A DNA stretch of 32,000 nt, taken from the NCBI GenBank assembly GCA_003516025.1, contig CP023991.1, forward strand, positions 570,001-602,000. Reading direction: 5' to 3'. This DNA comes from Candidatus Saccharimonadota bacterium. Its GTDB lineage: Bacteria; Patescibacteriota; Saccharimonadia; Saccharimonadales; UBA4665. Below the pieces are notes generated by a model. That model was not told where the DNA came from. It saw only the letters and a program-made list of their open reading frames with translations, and did not search any database. Both the position numbers and the translations under genes were made by a program. The stretch's first letter is position 1; each line of letters opens with the position of its first letter. Positions 21,968-30,278 of the stretch are shown piece after piece.

Positions 21968-22477
21968 ATGCCAGACGTACCAGAAAAACAAATTAAACGC
22001 CTTCGGGCGCTCATCCAAGAAGCTGAGACTAATTTAGCTGCGGCAACAGAATTGCTCGTAAGCCTGGTAGGTGACGATGAAAAAATCGCGCCTATCGTTC
22101 GTGAAGCTCAGTTAGGCAAGATTATCGAGGGCGTATTTGACGGTCAGAACATGGTAGGCTCAGATGCTAAAACCTATCCTGTTCCTGCTAACTATGCCAG
22201 CAAGTCTAAGCTTGTCCAGGGCGATATCCTCAAGCTCACCATCGCTGATGACGGCGCGTTTATGTATAAGCAGATTGGTCCGATTCCGCGCAAGCAGGTT
22301 GTCGGAACACTCAAACTTGAAAATGGTCATTACTTCGTTGATGTCAACGGCCGCCAGTTCCGCGTCCTGCTGGCCAGCGTTACGTACTTTAAGGCTAAGC
22401 CCAACGACCAGGTAAGCGTCAACGTTCCTGAAGACGACACCAACGCCGAATGGGCCGCGCTCGAAGCCGCTCTATAG
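21968..22477 (+). CDS. Hypothetical protein (169 aa): N-terminal helical segment plus C-terminal beta-rich domain
   Basis: Clean ORF with no competing frame. No motif recognised. Confidence 0.65.
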   Translation: MPDVPEKQIKRLRALIQEAETNLAAATELLVSLVGDDEKIAPIVREAQLGKIIEGVFDGQNMVGSDAKTYPVPANYASKSKLVQGDILKLTIADDGAFMYKQIGPIPRKQVVGTLKLENGHYFVDVNGRQFRVLLASVTYFKAKPNDQVSVNVPEDDTNAEWAALEAAL

Positions 22478-22523
22478 TTTCCCTCCATTTATTACACTAT
22501 TCCGGCCAGCTATTTGACAGCAG

Positions 22524-23321
22524 GTGTATACTATTCCGCATATGACACCACAGGCTGAAGCCAGTTACAATGCCGCCGATGAAATGACCCTAACGCGCGG
22601 TCCTGCCGCTGTCTGGAATTACTTAGCGGATCCACTGGCAGAGCATCTCTTTATTCCCTTAGAACAGAAAAACCATATCTTAGGAGTGGTAGCGCTTAAC
22701 ACCGTCCTGACCGCTCCACGCTTGTTAAAGCCGCTTGTCGGCAATCGTTACAGCGAACACGCCAAAAACGGAGGCACGCGGGCCGCTATCGGTGACATAC
22801 TCGCCAGTACAGCCATGGACGCGTCGGATGGGCTGGACGGCGCCACGGCCCGCCGCAGTAACCTCGGCAGCACGTTTGGTGTCGGCTTTGACTCCTTTGT
22901 GGATGCCGTTTCACTAAAGGATGATGTTAAACGCGTCCGCGAACGCGCCGTAGCAGGCAGCGATACCACGGTTCTGCGTTTACTCGACATCGACAGCCGA
23001 ATAAAGTGGAGTACTATTGCTCTCGGAGGTGTCGCTAACAAAGCTTCAGAGATATACGTACAACGGAAAGGTATTGTTTTGGAACCGCGAGAGAAGGCCC
23101 ATTCCGTACCTTTCGGTAAAGCTTACTTCGCGGCGGGCGCTACGGCGGCAAAAATCCTGCAGGTAGCCTATGCGTTTCCGGACAGTAGCGTAGCGCGGCG
23201 GCGGTGGCGCCGTGCCGGCATTGGCATGCAGGCAGCAGCTATTGGCCTGGGCGCGGCGGCAGGCGGCCAGTACGCTGCCGCCATCGTAAAACGGCTCCGC
23301 AGGCTCAAACAGCCGAGCTAG
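22524..23321 (+). CDS. CDP-alcohol phosphatidyltransferase family protein (atypical, Ala-rich)
   Basis: Exact family signature D-x2-D-G-x2-A-R-x8-G-x3-D-x3-D in SDGLDGATARRSNLGSTFGVGFDSFVDAV. GTG start at 22524; ATG 22542 is an alternative. Confidence 0.7.
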   Translation: MYTIPHMTPQAEASYNAADEMTLTRGPAAVWNYLADPLAEHLFIPLEQKNHILGVVALNTVLTAPRLLKPLVGNRYSEHAKNGGTRAAIGDILASTAMDASDGLDGATARRSNLGSTFGVGFDSFVDAVSLKDDVKRVRERAVAGSDTTVLRLLDIDSRIKWSTIALGGVANKASEIYVQRKGIVLEPREKAHSVPFGKAYFAAGATAAKILQVAYAFPDSSVARRRWRRAGIGMQAAAIGLGAAAGGQYAAAIVKRLRRLKQPS

Positions 23322-23381
23322 GATTAAATTACAGCGGACGCCGTGGCCGATAAGCAGTATAATGTACCTAACGGAGAAGTT

Positions 23382-24929
23382 ATGGGGCAAGCATTATATC
23401 GAAAATACCGGTCAAAGTCGCTCTCAGAGATCGTCGGCCAGGAGCATATCACCGAAACGCTCCAAAAAGCGCTTGAAGGCGGGCGGATCAGCCATGCCTA
23501 TCTGTTTAGTGGGCCGCGCGGCGTCGGCAAGACGTCCATCGCCCGCATACTGGCCCATGAACTCAATGGCTTACCCTATACCGATGACGCGGCACATCTG
23601 GACATCATCGAGATAGACGCCGCCAGCAACCGCCGGATTGATGAAATTCGTGACCTGCGTGATAAGGTGTACATCGCGCCGACCAGCGGCAAATACAAGG
23701 TTTATATTATTGATGAGGTCCACATGCTGACCCGTGAGGCCTTTAACGCGCTGCTCAAGACACTGGAAGAGCCGCCGGCTCATGCGGTATTTATCCTGGC
23801 TACTACGGAGTCACATAAACTGCCGGACACAATCATCAGCCGGACACAACATTATACATTCAAGCCCGTTGAACAGAATAAGGTAGTAGCTCACCTCGGT
23901 CTGATCGCTAAAGAGGAGAACATCGACATCACCACTGAGGCACTGGAACTATTGGCAGCTCACGGACAGGGTTCTTTCCGTGATAGCATTAGCCTTCTCG
24001 ATCAGGCCGGCAGCAGCGGCATCGCGGTCGATGTACATACCGTGCGCCAGCTACTGGGTATAGCGCCCGACCAAGCCATAAACGAGTTGCTGCGCACCAT
24101 CAGCCAGAAAGGCGGCGCGGCACCTATCATGACCACGCTAGCCGATTTATACGGCCAAGGCTTACAAGCTGCCAGCCTCGCCAGCCAATTGGCGGAAAAA
24201 ATACGTGGCAGCATACTGAGTGGTACCCCGCTTCTCGGTACTGCCGAAGCCCTGCGTCTCATGCGTGAGCTTATAGAAGTGCCCACTTCACATAACCCTG
24301 AACGTTTACTGGAAATCGTATTACTCAACGCCGGCAGCCACGCCATTGAACCGGTGACACAGACAGTGCCGGCCGTTACCCAGGCGCCCGCACCAGCCTA
24401 CCAGGCCGCGCCAGTCGCGCAGCCCTCCAAACCGGCACCGGCTCCAGTATTAACAAAGCCGTTAACATCTACCGGAACACCAATAGTAATCGCACCTCCC
24501 GCGATAGCACAATCGGCCGCGAGGCCATCGGAACCAGCACCAGTCGAAGAGCCGAACGCCATTGTCCAGCCGATCGGCCCTGCCGTGGTACGGCTGCTTG
24601 ACGAATCCGTCTGGCCTGAAGTACTTGACGGCCTCAAGAAGCAGTACAACACGTTGTACGGCGTGCTGCGCATGGCAAAGCCGGTATTTACGAGTGACGG
24701 CATTGAGCTGCAAATGAAGTTCGCCTTCCATCAGAAGCGTCTAAATGAAGTGAAGAACAAACAAATTGTGGCAGGTTTCATTAAGCAGGTGACGGGCAAA
24801 GACTGCGTCATTACCTGTACTGTTATGCAAAATCCGGGTAATACCGCGCCTGCGGCGGTAGCCGTCGGGGCCGCGCCGGCAGAACTGGGCGCCATCAGCG
24901 ATATATTCGGTGGCGGAGAAGTGTTATAA
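23382..24929 (+). CDS. dnaX: DNA polymerase III subunit gamma/tau
   Basis: Walker A GPRGVGKTS, Walker B IIDEVHML, sensor SRTQ. A Pro/Ala-rich linker precedes the C-terminal domain. ATG 23382 has GGAGAAG upstream; the track start 23343 is a 13-codon extension. Confidence 0.92.
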   Translation: MGQALYRKYRSKSLSEIVGQEHITETLQKALEGGRISHAYLFSGPRGVGKTSIARILAHELNGLPYTDDAAHLDIIEIDAASNRRIDEIRDLRDKVYIAPTSGKYKVYIIDEVHMLTREAFNALLKTLEEPPAHAVFILATTESHKLPDTIISRTQHYTFKPVEQNKVVAHLGLIAKEENIDITTEALELLAAHGQGSFRDSISLLDQAGSSGIAVDVHTVRQLLGIAPDQAINELLRTISQKGGAAPIMTTLADLYGQGLQAASLASQLAEKIRGSILSGTPLLGTAEALRLMRELIEVPTSHNPERLLEIVLLNAGSHAIEPVTQTVPAVTQAPAPAYQAAPVAQPSKPAPAPVLTKPLTSTGTPIVIAPPAIAQSAARPSEPAPVEEPNAIVQPIGPAVVRLLDESVWPEVLDGLKKQYNTLYGVLRMAKPVFTSDGIELQMKFAFHQKRLNEVKNKQIVAGFIKQVTGKDCVITCTVMQNPGNTAPAAVAVGAAPAELGAISDIFGGGEVL

Positions 24930-24978
24930 TTAGCGTAACGAGAGGGTAGCTGGGGAACCAGGGAATAGTGGAATAGGC

Positions 24979-26340
24979 ATGGAACCAACTAAATTACAGC
25001 AAGCACAACCGCAGAATACCGACGCCGAAGCGTCGCTGCTTGGTGCCGTCCTGATCGACGCCGACGCTATTGTTAAAATCGCTGACTCCATCTCAGCTGG
25101 CGACTTTTTTGATGCCCGGCACCAGCATATATACGAAGCTATCACCGCACTGTACGAAAAGCGCCAGGCAATAGACGTGTTAACCTTATCGGATCAGCTT
25201 AAAAATCAGGGCTATTTAGATATGATAGGCGGTCCCAGCTACCTTACGGAGTTAACAAACTTCGTACCGACCGCAGCCCATGTCGAACAATACGCCGACA
25301 TTGTGGCTCAGAAGTCGATGCGCCGGCGCCTGATCCAAACATCACACGAAATTAGCGGTTTGGGCTTTGACGAGTCGAAGAGTCTTAAAGAACTCATTGA
25401 GGAGGCCGAAACACGACTGTTCCAGGTGTCGCAGCAGCACGTCAAACAAACCATTGTTTCAATTGAAGACATCTTGGCGGAAAGCTTCGAACGTCTTGAC
25501 GACCTGCATAAAGACAAGAAGAAAATTCGTGGTATCCCCACCGGTTTCAAAGACATGGACGACACGCTGGCCGGCTTGCAGCGCAGTGATCTGTTTATCC
25601 TCGCCGCCCGTCCGTCGATGGGTAAAACGGCATTCGTACTTAACCTGGCGCACAATGTTGCCGTGGACGCCAAAGAACCGGTTCTGTTGTTTAGCCTGGA
25701 AATGAGTAAAGAGCAGCTGGTAGACCGTCTGTTATCGATGGAGTCAGGGGTTGACGCTTGGGCGCTCCGTACCGGTAACCTCACCGACCAGGATTTTGAA
25801 AAGCTTGGCGAGGCTATGGGCGTGCTCAGTGAAGCGCCAATACTTATTGACGACACCCCCGGCTTAACGGTGAGCGATATGCGTACTAAAGCCCGCCGCG
25901 AATCACATCAGCGTAAGCTGGGACTGGTCATTGTCGACTACCTGCAGCTGATGAGTGGTGGTTCACGCTTCGGTGGTGATGGTAACCGCGTACAGGAAAT
26001 TTCCGAGATTTCCCGAGGCCTCAAAGGTATTGCCCGCGAGCTAGATGTACCACTCATCGCGCTTAGTCAGCTCAGCCGCTCCGTGGAAAGCCGTACGCCG
26101 CAGATTCCTCAGTTGTCCGACCTGCGTGAGTCAGGCTCCATCGAGCAGGATGCCGACATCGTGGCCTTCATTTACCGCGAAGATTACTATAACCCTGAAA
26201 CCGACCGCAAGAATATCACTGATATCCTTATCAAAAAGCACCGTAACGGCGCCCTGAAGAACGTTGAGCTGTACTTTGATAAGAATAAACAAAAGTTCCG
26301 CTCGCTTGATACGAGCCACGGCGGTGACCCGTTCGCTTAA
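24979..26340 (+). CDS. dnaB: Replicative DNA helicase DnaB
   Basis: 453 aa. N-terminal EASLLGAVLID, Walker A ARPSMGKTAF, IVDYLQLM, and the SQLSR motif. Confidence 0.95.
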   Translation: MEPTKLQQAQPQNTDAEASLLGAVLIDADAIVKIADSISAGDFFDARHQHIYEAITALYEKRQAIDVLTLSDQLKNQGYLDMIGGPSYLTELTNFVPTAAHVEQYADIVAQKSMRRRLIQTSHEISGLGFDESKSLKELIEEAETRLFQVSQQHVKQTIVSIEDILAESFERLDDLHKDKKKIRGIPTGFKDMDDTLAGLQRSDLFILAARPSMGKTAFVLNLAHNVAVDAKEPVLLFSLEMSKEQLVDRLLSMESGVDAWALRTGNLTDQDFEKLGEAMGVLSEAPILIDDTPGLTVSDMRTKARRESHQRKLGLVIVDYLQLMSGGSRFGGDGNRVQEISEISRGLKGIARELDVPLIALSQLSRSVESRTPQIPQLSDLRESGSIEQDADIVAFIYREDYYNPETDRKNITDILIKKHRNGALKNVELYFDKNKQKFRSLDTSHGGDPFA

Positions 26341-26407
26341 AAACCGCGTACAGCGACTATATAAAGTGCTTATGTTTGTGAAGTATTGCTATAATAGTCC
26401 ATAGCCA

Positions 26408-27598
26408 ATGAAAAACACTCAAAGATACCTATCTCAGCATGGCATAGAACTCGGCCTTATTCTTGGTGGGGCAATAGTACTTTCACTTCTCCTGTGGTTC
26501 AGACTCGGTGACCAAACATTCGGTAATGCCGCCCAGATCGAAGTTTCGAGCCGTCAGGCCGCCCTGAACTGGCATACCATTCTCGCCAACCCGCTTAACG
26601 CGCCGTACGCTATCGTGCAACGACTCGTTTTAATGACAGGCCATGATGGTATTGTCGCGATGCGGGCAGTAAGCACACTGTTCGCTATTGCTACCATTGG
26701 GCTGTTTTACCTGGTTGCCAGGCAGTGGCATAATATACGGGTCGCCATTTTAGCCACCTGGCTGTTCATTTCGTCAGCTTGGTTTCTGCATAGCGCCCGT
26801 TTGGCCACCCCTGAAATCATATGGCTAACGGGCATTCTCGGGCTTGTACTGTTATTTTCCCCTCGCCGTGAACGCAAACACAACTGGATCGCATTGCCGA
26901 CACTGTTAGCCTCATTAAGCGTGCTGCTATACATTCCTGGAATGGTCTGGCTCGTTATCTTGAGCCTGGTACTGCGCCGTGATAATCTGCGAACTTACTG
27001 GAGGTCCACCCCGCAAACCCTGCTGCGAACCGCTAGTATACTGTTGGGCCTCGGTCTACTGATACCCCTGGTCAGGGCGTTGGTGCTAACGCCGAAATTG
27101 CTGCTGCCATGGCTTGGCTTTACCGATCCTATAGCAACGCCGCTGGTTATGCTCAAACATTTCCTGACAGTACCAAAACAGCTATTTATTAACGGGCCGT
27201 TCGATCCGGTACACTGGCTCGGCCGCGTACCACTATTGAGTGTTTTCGAGATAGTTATGTTCCTGCTGGGGACGTACTTTTATGTGCGGCACATTCGTTC
27301 GGCCAGGTCTCAGTTTATTATCATATTATCTGTCGCGGCCTGGATATTGATCGGCGTTGGCGGGCTGGTTTCACTGTCACTTATCGTACCGACGATTTAC
27401 CTAGTGCTCACGATGGGCATAGCCTATATGCTACACGAATGGTTTAAGGTTTTTCCAAACAACCCAATCGCCCGTAGTTTCGGCGTCATGGTCGTAGCGA
27501 CCGCCATCCTGCTTACCAGCGTTTACCAGACCCGCAGCTATTTCGTCGCTTGGCGTTACAGCCCGGACACGGCGACGGTATTCACTGAGAAACTATAA
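26408..27598 (+). CDS. Polytopic membrane protein, possibly a GT-C-fold (ArnT/PMT-like) glycosyltransferase
   Basis: 396 aa with about 9-10 hydrophobic helices. The layout is reminiscent of GT39/GT83-type enzymes, but the functional call is weak. Confidence 0.6.
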   Translation: MKNTQRYLSQHGIELGLILGGAIVLSLLLWFRLGDQTFGNAAQIEVSSRQAALNWHTILANPLNAPYAIVQRLVLMTGHDGIVAMRAVSTLFAIATIGLFYLVARQWHNIRVAILATWLFISSAWFLHSARLATPEIIWLTGILGLVLLFSPRRERKHNWIALPTLLASLSVLLYIPGMVWLVILSLVLRRDNLRTYWRSTPQTLLRTASILLGLGLLIPLVRALVLTPKLLLPWLGFTDPIATPLVMLKHFLTVPKQLFINGPFDPVHWLGRVPLLSVFEIVMFLLGTYFYVRHIRSARSQFIIILSVAAWILIGVGGLVSLSLIVPTIYLVLTMGIAYMLHEWFKVFPNNPIARSFGVMVVATAILLTSVYQTRSYFVAWRYSPDTATVFTEKL

Positions 27599-27655
27599 GT
27601 CTCTCGGGGTTAATCGTGAAGAATGGTATAATATGGGGAGCAATAAGGAGTAGTT

Positions 27656-27949
27656 ATGAACAGATTTGACCAAGCTAAAATGCTGATGCGTGCCCGTAAG
27701 ATTCAGAAAGAACTCGAAAAGCAAATTATTACCGTAGAGCAGGGCGATGGCGCCGTCAAGGTCGAGATTACGGGCGACCAAAAAATCAAGAAAGTACACA
27801 TCGATGCTGAGTCCGTTGACCTGGAAGACATCGGCCAGTTGGAACGTTGGGTAGAAGATGCCGTCCGTGACGCCATTAAAGAAAGTCAAAAGATTGCCGC
27901 AGCTAAGCTGCAACCAATGATGGGCGCCCTCGGCGACCTCGGCCTGTAG
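27656..27949 (+). CDS. ybaB: YbaB/EbfC family nucleoid-associated protein
   Basis: 97 aa. ...MLMRARKIQKELEKQIITVEQGDGAVKVEITGDQKIKKVHIDAE... matches the family pattern. An extended -10 box TGGTATAAT lies at 27624-27632 upstream. Confidence 0.9.
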   Translation: MNRFDQAKMLMRARKIQKELEKQIITVEQGDGAVKVEITGDQKIKKVHIDAESVDLEDIGQLERWVEDAVRDAIKESQKIAAAKLQPMMGALGDLGL

Positions 27950-27957
27950 TAACATAC

Positions 27958-28119
27958 ATGAGGCTAGTAAGTAAACCGTACTTGCTAGGGATTATCATTG
28001 GGTTAGGTATGGCTTTCTATATTGCCTATAGACTGCACGATATCATCGCTTTCGGTATCGCCGTAGGCCTGCTCGGCCTTACCATTTTCGCTGATTACTA
28101 TAAGAGACATAAAATTTAG
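27958..28119 (+). CDS. Unlisted small membrane protein (53 aa, two predicted TM helices)
   Basis: Below the ORF-track length cutoff. Manual translation: MRLVSKPYLLGIIIGLGMAFYIAYRLHDIIAFGIAVGLLGLTIFADYYKRHKI*. It starts 8 nt after the ybaB stop, and its stop lies 1 nt before the recR ATG. Confidence 0.5.
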   Translation: MRLVSKPYLLGIIIGLGMAFYIAYRLHDIIAFGIAVGLLGLTIFADYYKRHKI

Positions 28120-28120
28120 C

Positions 28121-28732
28121 ATGCAAGTATTACCTCCAGCCTTAACCAATCTCATTGAAGCACTGGGAGCCCTCCCGGGCGTTGGGCCGCGGACCGCCGA
28201 ACGGTACGCATATTTTTTGCTGAAACATGACACTCAGGTTAGCGGCCGGTTGAGCGACAGCCTGTTGCATCTGCATAGCGGTGTTTCGTACTGCAAGAAA
28301 ACATTCGCCATCATTTCCAGTGATCAGGAATTATCTGACTTGTATACCGATCCGCGTCGTGACAAACATACCGTAGCTGTCGTCGCCGAACCGTTCGACG
28401 TTGTAGCCTTAGAAAAAACCGGGCAGTTCAACGGCACCTACCATGTACTTGGGGGCTTGGTCTCGCCAATTGATGGTATCGGCCCTGAGCAGCTGCATAT
28501 TGCCGAACTGGTTTCGCGCATTGACGAGGATAAAGTTACTGAAATCATTTTAGCCACTAATGCCAGCGTGGAAGGTGAGACGACGGCGCTTTATATCCAG
28601 CAGCAACTTAATCAAGCCGGACAGGACGTTAAAGTATCACGCCTGGCTCGCGGTCTTCCCATTGGAGTCGATCTGGAATACGCAGATCAGATTACGCTTG
28701 GCCGGGCCCTGGAAGGACGGCAAACCTTATGA
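28121..28732 (+). CDS. recR: Recombination protein RecR (zinc-finger motif degenerate)
   Basis: HhH LPGVGPRTAERYAYFLL and Toprim VVAEPFDVVALEKTGQFNGTYHVLGG...ILATNASVEGETTA. Only one Cys is present in the whole protein. Confidence 0.9.
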   Translation: MQVLPPALTNLIEALGALPGVGPRTAERYAYFLLKHDTQVSGRLSDSLLHLHSGVSYCKKTFAIISSDQELSDLYTDPRRDKHTVAVVAEPFDVVALEKTGQFNGTYHVLGGLVSPIDGIGPEQLHIAELVSRIDEDKVTEIILATNASVEGETTALYIQQQLNQAGQDVKVSRLARGLPIGVDLEYADQITLGRALEGRQTL

Positions 28733-29217
28733 AACTTCTGTATTGCACCGAATGCGCCGCACCATTAGCCCAAACGAACAAAACAGACTACGTATGCCAA
28801 AACGGACATCCGTACTACAACAATCCGCACGCGACCGTGTCTGTCGTAATACTGAAAGATGGACAGGCATTGTTCGCGCTGCGCGGCATCGAACCCCAAA
28901 AAGGACGGTATGACTTTCCTGGAGGGTTTATCAATTACGGCGAACATCCCATAGCTGCCGCCATCCGGGAAATGCGCGAAGAGGCCGGCATAACCGTCAA
29001 AGCTTTGCAACTCGTGGGATGTACCTCCAATACCTACGTAGAAAATACGACTACCTGTGATTTTGTCTTTGCTACCAAGGAATGGGATGGGAATATTTCA
29101 CCGGACGATGATGTCGCGGCGTTCGTATGGAAACCACTCAACTTTATGAATAGCCCGGATTTCGCCTGGAATTACGATGGCCTGTACGAAGCTATCAGCC
29201 AGAAAGGACTATTATAA
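28729..29217 (+). CDS. Nudix hydrolase with an N-terminal zinc-ribbon-like segment
   Basis: Nudix box GFINYGEHPIAAAIREMREEAGI fits Gx5Ex7REUxEExGU. N-terminal CTEC...CQNGH. ATGA overlap with recR. Confidence 0.88.
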   Translation: MKLLYCTECAAPLAQTNKTDYVCQNGHPYYNNPHATVSVVILKDGQALFALRGIEPQKGRYDFPGGFINYGEHPIAAAIREMREEAGITVKALQLVGCTSNTYVENTTTCDFVFATKEWDGNISPDDDVAAFVWKPLNFMNSPDFAWNYDGLYEAISQKGLL

Positions 29218-30218
29218 TGCCCTACGACGAATCGTCTGACATTAACCGTCTTATAGCCGGTTCACAGCGGATACTGATCATGCAGGCCGATAATCCTGAC
29301 GGCGACAGCCTGGGCAGCGCGCTCGCCCTGGAGCACATTATTGGCGATATGGGCAAGGAGCCGCTTTTATACTGCGGCGTCCATATTCCTGATTATCTGC
29401 ATTACTTGCCGGGTTGGGACCGGGTGAGCAATGAACTGCCCGGGCAATTCGACCTAAGCATCATTGTCGATACCAGTGCTGACAGCTTGTTTGAAACACT
29501 CAATAAATCTGGTTTTCGCAGCCGCGTAGCCGGTAAACCCTGCATCGTCATAGATCATCATGCCGTCGAAAATACCATTGATTACGCGGCAGTGATTTGC
29601 AACAAACCCGTCGTGGCGACCGGCCAGATTATCTATGAACTCGCCGCTCAGCTCGGTTGGACGCTCAACAGTGAGGCTAAAAGCATGATCGCCGTCTCGA
29701 TCATGTCGGACAGCCTCGGCCTGGTCAGCGAAGGCACGTCTGCCCGCTCAATCCATATTATCGGCGAACTGGTCGAAGGAGGCGTCAACCTCGCCTTACT
29801 GGAGAATGCCAGGCGTGTATTAATGCGTAAATCTGCCGAACTGACCAATTACAAGGGCCAGCTGCTACAACGCATTGAATATCATGCGGACGGCCGTATA
29901 GCCGTCATACATGTTCCATGGGAAGAGATTGAGCGCTACAGTCAGGCGTATAACCCGTCGATGCTGGTAATCGATGATATGCGCTCCACGCTGGGTGTTG
30001 ACGTCGCTATAGCTTTCAAAACTTACAATGACGGCCATATTACTGCTAAAATCCGCTGCAACTATGGCAAAACTATTGCCGGCGAACTTGCGAAACAATT
30101 TGGTGGTGGCGGTCACCCGTATGCCAGTGGATTCAAAGTGAACGACGGGCGTAGCTATCAAAGCGTGAAAGACGCTTGTATTACCGCGGGCACAGAGCTG
30201 CTCAATGCTCTTGAATAA
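29217..30218 (+). CDS. DHH/DHHA1 family phosphoesterase (NrnA-like oligoribonuclease/pAp phosphatase)
   Basis: DNPDGDSLGS, VDTS, IDHH and C-terminal GGGHPYASG motifs. TAATG overlap with the Nudix gene. Confidence 0.88.
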   Translation: MPYDESSDINRLIAGSQRILIMQADNPDGDSLGSALALEHIIGDMGKEPLLYCGVHIPDYLHYLPGWDRVSNELPGQFDLSIIVDTSADSLFETLNKSGFRSRVAGKPCIVIDHHAVENTIDYAAVICNKPVVATGQIIYELAAQLGWTLNSEAKSMIAVSIMSDSLGLVSEGTSARSIHIIGELVEGGVNLALLENARRVLMRKSAELTNYKGQLLQRIEYHADGRIAVIHVPWEEIERYSQAYNPSMLVIDDMRSTLGVDVAIAFKTYNDGHITAKIRCNYGKTIAGELAKQFGGGGHPYASGFKVNDGRSYQSVKDACITAGTELLNALE

Positions 30219-30278
30219 ATACGATATTTCGAGATAGTACGTCACGCATATCAACCTAAATAGGCTACAATACCAGCT

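Noticed and set aside
24196-24201. A6 run in dnaX as a possible programmed frameshift or transcriptional slippage site for a gamma subunit
   Set aside because: In the zero frame it reads GAA AAA ATA, which is not an X XXY YYZ heptamer like the E. coli A AAA AAG site. The run is much shorter than known slippage tracts, and no downstream stem-loop was seen.
25308-25856. 182-aa minus-strand ORF
   Set aside because: It is antisense to dnaB, which carries Walker A and other helicase motifs on the plus strand. It is a Ser/Arg-rich shadow frame.
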